From: an uncultured Bacilli bacterium
Lineage (GTDB): Bacteria; Bacillota_I; Bacilli_A; RF39; UBA660
Assembly: GCA_934155005.1 (NCBI GenBank)
Contig: CAKPGR010000004.1
Span: 1-54,368, forward strand
Length of the DNA stretch: 54,368 nt
Direction: 5' to 3'
Part shown: one piece after another, positions 49,022 to 54,368 of the stretch
Layout of the letters: each line of letters begins with the position of its first letter
Position numbering within the stretch: the first letter of the stretch is position 1
The notes under the pieces: generated by a model
Seen by the model: only the letters and a program-made list of their open reading frames with translations
Told to the model about the DNA's origin: nothing
Database searches by the model: none
Translations under genes and position numbers: made by a program

Positions 49022-49673
49022 TTACATTACCTCCCTTTTGTTTTGAGGCAAGGATTTCTCCTTTATAAATCCATACTTTAACACCGATTTTACCATAAGT
49101 AGTATCAGCTTCTTTATGAGCATAATCAATATCTGCTCTTAAAGTATGAAGTGGAGTATTTCCTTCAGTATAACCTTCTGTTCTGGCCATATCAGCACCA
49201 CCTAAACGTCCTGATACAGCTGTTTTTATACCTTTTGCTCCTGCTTTCATTGCATTTCTAATTGCTCTTTTTTGTGCAATTCTAAATGAAACACGATTTT
49301 CAATTTGATGAGCAATGTTTTCAGCAACTAGTGCTGCATCAATTTCTGGATTCTTAACTTCCATAATAGAAATTTGAACATTTTCATCAACTAATTTAGA
49401 CAATTCTTTTCTAAGTTTTTCAATATCATTTCCGCCATGACCAATTATTACACCTGGTTTTGATGTATTTATAATTACATCAGTCTTATTGGCATTTCTT
49501 TCAATTAAAATACTTGAAACTGCTGCGTCTTTTAATTTTTTTTCTAAAAATTTACGAATTTTATTATCTTTTTCTAAATATTTAGCAAAATCTTTATTAC
49601 CTGCATACCATTTAGATTCCCAAGTTTTATTAATTCCAATTCTAAGTCCGACTGGACTAACTTTTTGACCCAT
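48996..49673 (-). CDS. rpsC: 30S ribosomal protein S3
   Basis: [13 protein letters not shown]. The start is at ATG 49673, behind AAGGAGG. Confidence 0.95.
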   Translation of the reverse strand: MGQKVSPVGLRIGINKTWESKWYAGNKDFAKYLEKDNKIRKFLEKKLKDAAVSSILIERNANKTDVIINTSKPGVIIGHGGNDIEKLRKELSKLVDENVQISIMEVKNPEIDAALVAENIAHQIENRVSFRIAQKRAIRNAMKAGAKGIKTAVSGRLGGADMARTEGYTEGNTPLHTLRADIDYAHKEADTTYGKIGVKVWIYKGEILASKQKGGNVNGTSTKKN

Positions 49674-49689
49674 CAGTTTTCCTCCTTTA

Positions 49690-50025
49690 CTATTTTTCGT
49701 CACTTACAACAATTGTAATATGACTTGTTCTTTTTTTAATTGGATCTACGTGTCCACGAGAGCCAAATTTCATTCTTTTTAATGTTTGACCTTCATTAAC
49801 AAATGCTTCTTTTACATATAAAGTAGTTTTATCTAATCCTAAGTTATTTTCAGCATTTGCTACTGCTGATGTCAAAACTTTTTTACTCATTCTAGCTGCT
49901 TCTTTATTTAAATTACTTAAAATTCTATCAGCTTCTTCTACGCTTTTACCACGTATTAAATCTATAACTAAACGGGCTTTACGAGGCGAAATTCTTAATC
50001 CTTTTGCTATCGCTTTTGCTTCCAT
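49690..50025 (-). CDS. rplV: 50S ribosomal protein L22
   Basis: [26 protein letters not shown]. The start is at ATG 50025, behind GGAAGGAGG. Confidence 0.95.
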   Translation of the reverse strand: MEAKAIAKGLRISPRKARLVIDLIRGKSVEEADRILSNLNKEAARMSKKVLTSAVANAENNLGLDKTTLYVKEAFVNEGQTLKRMKFGSRGHVDPIKKRTSHITIVVSDEK

Positions 50026-50053
50026 TTTAGTCCTCCTTCCTGACAATCATTTA

Positions 50054-50323
50054 TTATTTTTTCTTGTCATCACCATGTCCACCAAACTTACGTGTTGGTG
50101 AGAATTCACCTAATTTATGTCCTACCATATCTTCTGTTACATAAACAGGAATAAATTCTTTACCATTATGAACAGCAAATGTATGTCCAATAAATTCAGG
50201 ATAAATTGTTGAACGGCGAGACCAAGTTTTGATTACTTCTTTTTTTCCAGATTCGTTTAATTTTTTAACTTTATTCATTAAATGTTCATCAATGAATGGT
50301 AATTTTTTTAAACTTCTAGCCAT
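50054..50323 (-). CDS. rpsS: 30S ribosomal protein S19
   Basis: MARSLKK.PF, GHKLGEF.PTR.F.GH. Confidence 0.95.
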   Translation of the reverse strand: MARSLKKLPFIDEHLMNKVKKLNESGKKEVIKTWSRRSTIYPEFIGHTFAVHNGKEFIPVYVTEDMVGHKLGEFSPTRKFGGHGDDKKK

Positions 50324-50339
50324 TTAAATCATCCTCTCA

Positions 50340-51170
50340 TTATTTTTTAGCACGACGAACAATTAGTTTATCAGATGCTTTTTTGTTTTTACGTGTTTTG
50401 TATCCAAGTGCTGGTTTACCCCATGGAGTAACTGGTCCTTTACGTCCGATTGGAGCTCTACCTTCACCACCACCATGTGGATGGTCATTAGGGTTCATAA
50501 CAGAACCACGAACTGTTGGTCTAATACCCATATGTCTTTTACGACCCGCTTTTCCTAAATTAACTAATTCATGATCAGCATTACCAACTTCACCTATTGT
50601 AGCTCTACAAGTGCTTAGTACTTTACGAACTTCACCACTTGTTAAACGAAGTAATGTATATTTTCCTTCACGTCCTAATATTTGAACACTTGATCCAGCA
50701 GAACGTGCCATTTGTCCACCTTTACCTGCTTTTAATTCAACATTGTGAACAACTGTTCCTTCTGGAATTTTTTCAAGTGGTAATGTATTACCAACTTTAA
50801 TGTCAGCATTTTCTCCACTTTCTATTTTGTTTCCAACTTTTAAACCTTTTGGAGCGATAATATATCTTTTTTCTCCATCAGCATATTGGATTAAAGCAAT
50901 GTTAGCAGATCTATTTGGATCGTATTCAATCGAAGTAACTGTTCCAACAACACCGTCTTTATCTCTTTTAAAATCAATAATACGATATTTTCTTTTTGCT
51001 CCTCCACCATGATGTCTAACTGTTATTTTACCTTGATTATTACGACCACCATTTTTCTTTAATGTAACAACTAATGATTTTTCTGGTTTTGACTTAGTAA
51101 TTTCTTCATTTGCTAATTTAGTCATACCACGAGTTCCATTAGTCATTGGTTTAAAACTCTTAATAGCCAT
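50340..51170 (-). CDS. rplB: 50S ribosomal protein L2
   Basis: GGGHKR-like core ([11 protein letters not shown]) and [14 protein letters not shown]. Confidence 0.95.
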   Translation of the reverse strand: MAIKSFKPMTNGTRGMTKLANEEITKSKPEKSLVVTLKKNGGRNNQGKITVRHHGGGAKRKYRIIDFKRDKDGVVGTVTSIEYDPNRSANIALIQYADGEKRYIIAPKGLKVGNKIESGENADIKVGNTLPLEKIPEGTVVHNVELKAGKGGQMARSAGSSVQILGREGKYTLLRLTSGEVRKVLSTCRATIGEVGNADHELVNLGKAGRKRHMGIRPTVRGSVMNPNDHPHGGGEGRAPIGRKGPVTPWGKPALGYKTRKNKKASDKLIVRRAKK

Positions 51171-51188
51171 GTTTATCCTCTCCTAACA

Positions 51189-51467
51189 CTAGTTAAGTTC
51201 TATTGAACTTCCTTCTTTTAATTTAACAATTGCTTTTTTTACTTTATTTGTTTTACCAACATAACGCCCAACTCTTTTTTTCTTAGGCTTAACATTTACA
51301 GTATTAACACTTTCAACTTTTACATCAAAAATATTTTCGATTGCTTGTTTGATTTGTGTTTTATTTGCTCTAACATCAACACTAAAAGTTATAACATTAT
51401 TAGCAGCTAAGTTAGAACTTTTTTCTGTTATAATTGGCGCTTTAATAATATCTCTATAATTATTCAT
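51189..51467 (-). CDS. rplW: 50S ribosomal protein L23
   Basis: [12 protein letters not shown] and operon position. Confidence 0.95.
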   Translation of the reverse strand: MNNYRDIIKAPIITEKSSNLAANNVITFSVDVRANKTQIKQAIENIFDVKVESVNTVNVKPKKKRVGRYVGKTNKVKKAIVKLKEGSSIELN

Positions 51468-52090
51468 TAAACAAGCACCTCCTCAATATTTTTCATAGCT
51501 TGTTCTGTGATAATCATCGCATCAGCAGCTATAACATCATATGTATTAACTTCACTTGTTTCAAGTAAAATCACATTTTTTAAATTACGTGTAGCTAAAA
51601 TCATATTATCAGTCAATTCTTCAACTACAATCAAAATATTTTTTGCTTGTGTTAATGAATTTAAAACTGATTTAGCTTCACTTGTCTTATTAGTTTCAAA
51701 TTTTAAATTATCAACTACGATTAATTCTTTATTAATAGCTTTATAAGCTAAAGCTGATTTTAAAGCTAATCTTCTTTCTTTTCTATTCATTTTTTTATCG
51801 TAGCTTCTCATGTGTGGTCCAAAAACAACACCACCATGATACCATTGAGCAGCACGAATAGATCCTTGACGAGCTCTACCTGTTCCTTTTTGTCTCCATG
51901 GTTTTCTTCCACCACCTGAAACTTCGCTACGAGTTTTTGTTTCATGTGTTCCTTGTCTTTGAGAATTTCTAGTTAATGTAATTGCATCATATAACACAGC
52001 ATCATTTGGAACTATTCCCCAAACTTCTGCATTTAAAGTTATATCTTTAACCTTTTCACCTTTAATATTTAATACAGATAATTTTGCCAT
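51467..52090 (-). CDS. rplD: 50S ribosomal protein L4
   Basis: [19 protein letters not shown]. Confidence 0.95.
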   Translation of the reverse strand: MAKLSVLNIKGEKVKDITLNAEVWGIVPNDAVLYDAITLTRNSQRQGTHETKTRSEVSGGGRKPWRQKGTGRARQGSIRAAQWYHGGVVFGPHMRSYDKKMNRKERRLALKSALAYKAINKELIVVDNLKFETNKTSEAKSVLNSLTQAKNILIVVEELTDNMILATRNLKNVILLETSEVNTYDVIAADAMIITEQAMKNIEEVLV

Positions 52091-52102
52091 CTATATTACC
52101 TC

Positions 52103-52837
52103 CTAATTTTCTTCTGTTGTAGTAGTTTCTTCTACAACTTCAACATTTTCTTCTTTAACAGGTTCATCAGTAATATAAGAATTTAATTCTTCTACTTCAT
52201 TAATTTTCCCTGGTTTTTTAACTGAAGACTTAATTACTACTAAAGATTTTTTAGGTCCTGGGATATTTCCTTTAACTAAAATGCAATTATTTTCTAAATC
52301 AACTTTAACAATTTCAAGATTTTGAATTGTTACTGTTAATGTTCCCATATGTCCTGGTAATTTTTTACCTTTAAAAACTCTCATTGGTCTCATTGTTCCC
52401 ATTGAACCTGGTCCTCTATGATAATGTGAACCATGTCCCATAGGTCCTCTTGATTGACCATGTCTTTTAATAACACCTTGGAAACCTTTTCCTTTTGATG
52501 TTCCTGTTACATCAACAACTTCTCCCTCTTCAAAAATATCAGCAGTGATTTCTTGACCTAAGGAATAATTGTTAACATCTACACCTCTAATTTCTTTAAA
52601 GAAGCGCTTAGGTGTAGTGTTTGCTTTGTTAGTAATACCAACAGAAGCTTTTGTCGCTAACTTTTCTCTCTTTGTATCAAATCCTAATTGAATTGCTTCA
52701 TAACCATCATTTTCAATTGTTTTAATTTGTGTTACCACATTTGGTTCAACTGAAACAACAGTTACAGGAATCAATTTACCAGATTTTGTAAATACTTGAG
52801 TCATTCCTATTTTACGACCTAAGATTCCTTTTTTCAT
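52103..52837 (-). CDS. rplC: 50S ribosomal protein L3 (with an acidic C-terminal extension)
   Basis: [21 protein letters not shown]. Confidence 0.95.
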   Translation of the reverse strand: MKKGILGRKIGMTQVFTKSGKLIPVTVVSVEPNVVTQIKTIENDGYEAIQLGFDTKREKLATKASVGITNKANTTPKRFFKEIRGVDVNNYSLGQEITADIFEEGEVVDVTGTSKGKGFQGVIKRHGQSRGPMGHGSHYHRGPGSMGTMRPMRVFKGKKLPGHMGTLTVTIQNLEIVKVDLENNCILVKGNIPGPKKSLVVIKSSVKKPGKINEVEELNSYITDEPVKEENVEVVEETTTTEEN

Positions 52838-52854
52838 TTTCTTTTCCTCCTAAA

Positions 52855-53163
52855 TTATAACTTTATTTGAATATCAACACCACTTGGAATTTCAAGATGA
52901 GTTAATGACTCAACTGTTTCCTTACTTGGGTTATTGATAACAATAAGTCTTTTGTGTGTTCTTTTTTCGAATTGTTCTCTCGAATCTTTATATTTATGAA
53001 CAGCTCTAAGAATAGTGATTTTTTCTATTTCAGTTGGTAGTGGTATTGGTCCACTTACTTCTCCACCAGTTCTTTTAACTGTTTCAACTATTTTAGCACA
53101 TGCTTTATCCAAACTTTTATGTTCAAATGCTTTTAATTTAATGCTTATCTTAGTTTTAGACAT
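52855..53163 (-). CDS. rpsJ: 30S ribosomal protein S10
   Basis: [11 protein letters not shown] and GPIPLPT, first gene of the S10 operon. Confidence 0.95.
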   Translation of the reverse strand: MSKTKISIKLKAFEHKSLDKACAKIVETVKRTGGEVSGPIPLPTEIEKITILRAVHKYKDSREQFEKRTHKRLIVINNPSKETVESLTHLEIPSGVDIQIKL

Positions 53164-53294
53164 ATTGTATCCTCCTTTCGCCTATATCCAGTATAGACTT
53201 GCTCCGTGTAAAAACCCGATTTACTTTTTAAATTATTTACAACTTAACCTGGCGTATCGGCAACCTTACACATCCTAGCTGTCACACATAATCA

Positions 53295-53323
53295 ATTATA
53301 CATAAGAATTATATGAAAATCAA
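53295..53323 (-). promoter_or_regulatory. sigma-A type promoter of the S10 operon
   Basis: On the minus strand, TTGATT (53318-53323), a 17-nt spacer, then TATAAT (53295-53300). This leaves a leader of about 125 nt before the rpsJ ATG. Confidence 0.55.
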
Positions 53324-53381
53324 GTGTTTTTTTTACTTTTTTTAACTATCGTGAATTTTTAAAAATTCATTTTTTACAAAA

Positions 53382-53452
53382 TAAAAAAAAATCACAGTTT
53401 CTAGTTTTAATTCTTTTCGTCTTAAACTACTAGCAATTAAAACATCTGTGAT
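53382..53452 (-). terminator. long interrupted hairpin plus U9: terminator of the target-gene/TR transcription unit
   Basis: ATCACAG (53446-53452 on the minus strand) pairs with CTGTGAT (53391-53397). The inner stem is GTTTTAATT/AATTAAAAC (53435-53443 / 53404-53412). T9 follows on the minus strand (A-run 53382-53390). Confidence 0.6.
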
Positions 53453-53556
53453 ATAGTTTTTATTAAAAGTTTATACCTTTTAAAAGGAATAATACTTATT
53501 TCCCAATTCTTCTATTTACCTACCTTAGTAAAATAAATCGCAGTTATAAAAGGAAT

Positions 53557-53643
53557 CTGGGCGAACACCGTTGTTAGTATTGCTAACAGTGTTGTTGTTC
53601 AAGTTACCGTTCCTATTCACATTCCACGCATTAGTAGAGCCGC
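53557..53643 (-). repeat. DGR template repeat (TR), non-coding, Asn-codon-rich, with an IMH*-like 3' end
   Basis: An 87-nt copy of the target gene's 3' coding end. Conceptual reading gives STNAWNVNRNGNLNNNTVSNTNNGVRP (12 AAC/AAT codons). It differs from the VR only at TR adenines in the core. Confidence 0.8.
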
Positions 53644-53804
53644 AGGAAAAAAATAAACCTTTCAGTATTATCCCTATATATAATCTTCAATATTTACTTT
53701 ACAACCAATATCTACTATTTTATTCTTATTTATATTATTTCTTATAAGTTTATTTATTTTAGCTTTATTATTTTCTTTTTTACAGTTTGCTTACTACATT
53801 CCCA

Positions 53805-54368
53805 TTAAGAGATTATAGATTTTGAGACAGATATAACTGGGCGCACGCCGTGGCTAGCTGGATCGCTAACAGGGCCGTTGTACAAGACACCGAGCCTATA
53901 CACAAGCCACGCACTAGCAGAGTCGCTTATGTTCGCATTACTTGTCCAGTATCCCCTTGTGTCTTGATCTGCATTATTTAAACATCCAAGATTTTTACAA
54001 TAATCACTTGTTCTATCATATAACCATCCATAGTTACTTCTTTTACTATCATCACTTTGATTATTACTTCCTAAATAAAACCAATCTTGTCCTAAATTAA
54101 AATTTGTATTACCAGATATCTTAGCTACTTCATTTGCAGTAATTAATCTAGCAGTATTTTTCCAGTCTTTTGTATCACTTTCTAAAGCTGGAGCTACTTC
54201 TTTCATCTCACTATTGTTTCCACTTGAATTCCAAGCTACTTTTGCTGTTGTATTATGGTCTAATATTAAATTTACTGAATTATTTCCTTCTTCATCATTG
54301 AATGTATACCATTTCATACATCCGCTCTTTGTTCCTGTTAAACTCACTGATTCACTTTCTGTGCATTT
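53805..54368 (-). CDS. DGR target: secreted C-type-lectin/DUF1566-like variable protein (3' part; the gene runs off the right edge)
   Basis: Homologous to the ORF at 2050-2865 from GCMKWYTFNDEEG onward, with the frame open to the window end. The C-terminus is ...SASAWLVYRLGVLYNGPVSDPASHGVRPVISVSKSIIS. Confidence 0.8.
   Translation of the reverse strand, partial: KCTESESVSLTGTKSGCMKWYTFNDEEGNNSVNLILDHNTTAKVAWNSSGNNSEMKEVAPALESDTKDWKNTARLITANEVAKISGNTNFNLGQDWFYLGSNNQSDDSKRSNYGWLYDRTSDYCKNLGCLNNADQDTRGYWTSNANISDSASAWLVYRLGVLYNGPVSDPASHGVRPVISVSKSIIS
53837..53926 (-). repeat. DGR variable repeat (VR) with a GC-rich IMH-like 3' end
   Basis: 90 nt inside the CDS, aligned to the TR with 17 substitutions, all at TR adenines, plus one 3-nt insertion. 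The 3' end is GGCGTGCGCCCAG against TR GGTGTTCGCCCAG. Confidence 0.8.

Noticed and set aside
2124-53278. The many 60-140-aa ORFs in the supplied track that lie antisense to, or out of frame within, well-supported genes. Examples: 2124-2336, 7703-7945, 7942-8166, 13364-13546, 16220-16609, 19705-20040, 20126-20326, 21683-21922, 22885-23094, 23874-24059, 25220-25426, 26621-26827, 28710-28895, 32387-32596, 33411-33713, 36730-37149, 40385-40762, 42879-43115, 43025-43303, 43190-43426, 44099-44290, 44580-44777, 44626-44853, 46013-46261, 47095-47430, 50383-50574, 50800-51012, 51507-51746, 53015-53278.
   Set aside because: Each is fully overlapped by a conserved gene (ribosomal proteins, secY, htpG, pgk, addA and others). 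They have low-complexity or Ser/Leu/Phe/Ile-rich translations typical of antisense frames in AT-rich DNA, and none has a convincing RBS.
1-54368. A reverse transcriptase, Avd, integrase, transposase, CRISPR array or prophage genes somewhere in the window.
   Set aside because: I read all ORFs of 60 aa or more and the intergenic regions. None shows RT (YxDD), recombinase or Cas-like features, and there are no regularly spaced direct repeats. The DGR enzyme must be outside the window.
2050-54368. The 51-kb segment flanked by the two same-strand lectin-like paralogues as a composite mobile element or island.
   Set aside because: The content between them is core housekeeping (ribosomal super-operon, secY, rpoA, glycolysis, spo0A, sigF). 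There are no mobility genes and no compositional break.
1-54368. Mollicutes-type genetic code (TGA = Trp), suggested by the extreme AT richness.
   Set aside because: Long conserved ORFs are intact under code 11. map ends with TGA at the expected C-terminus, and the only tRNA-Trp seen has anticodon CCA, not UCA.

Overview
This is a very AT-rich chromosome segment, roughly 25-30 % GC by eye. It uses the standard code: TGA serves as a stop (e.g. map) and the only tRNA is Trp with anticodon CCA. The organism is an endospore-forming Bacillota member, and I cannot name the species from sequence alone. Almost all genes are on the minus strand. Read right to left in transcription order, the window holds the following. 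(1) A partial gene for a secreted C-type-lectin/DUF1566-like protein, followed by a non-coding, Asn-codon-rich copy of its 3' end. (2) The complete S10-spc-alpha ribosomal super-operon (rpsJ to rplQ, including secY-adk-map-infA-rpmJ, with no rpmD). (3) An SDR gene, two prepilin-type genes, and pgk-[UPF0104 membrane protein-GT4 glycosyltransferase]-tpiA. (4) spo0A and addB-addA. (5) A cell-wall block (glucosaminidase, NodB deacetylase, LysM amidase, CwlJ/SleB-like hydrolase). (6) tRNA-Trp and a CIRCE-like operator with hsp20-htpG. (7) spoIIAA-like-sigF-spoVAC/AD/AE, murT-gatD-like, and two DD-carboxypeptidases with spmA-spmB. (8) rluB, a ferredoxin, a thioredoxin-fold/AAA+ cluster, trmL and cdaA-cdaR. 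(9) A second paralogue of the lectin-like protein, and the start of another prepilin gene at the left edge. The main discovery is at 53.5-53.9 kb: a diversity-generating retroelement (DGR) template repeat / variable repeat pair. In my hand alignment 17 of 27 template adenines differ and 0 of 45 non-adenine positions differ, and the 3' ends differ as IMH and IMH* would. No reverse transcriptase or Avd gene lies next to it; the S10 promoter follows instead. Secondary observations: a G10 homopolymer and alternative hairpins upstream of the paralogue; a spoIIA-type operon lacking spoIIAB, whose STAS protein appears to lack the phosphorylatable serine; a GatD homologue that appears to lack its catalytic Cys and His; lipid/glycosyltransferase genes embedded in pgk-tpiA; and a shortened AddB. 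All coordinates, alignments and counts were made by eye, and no database search was possible.
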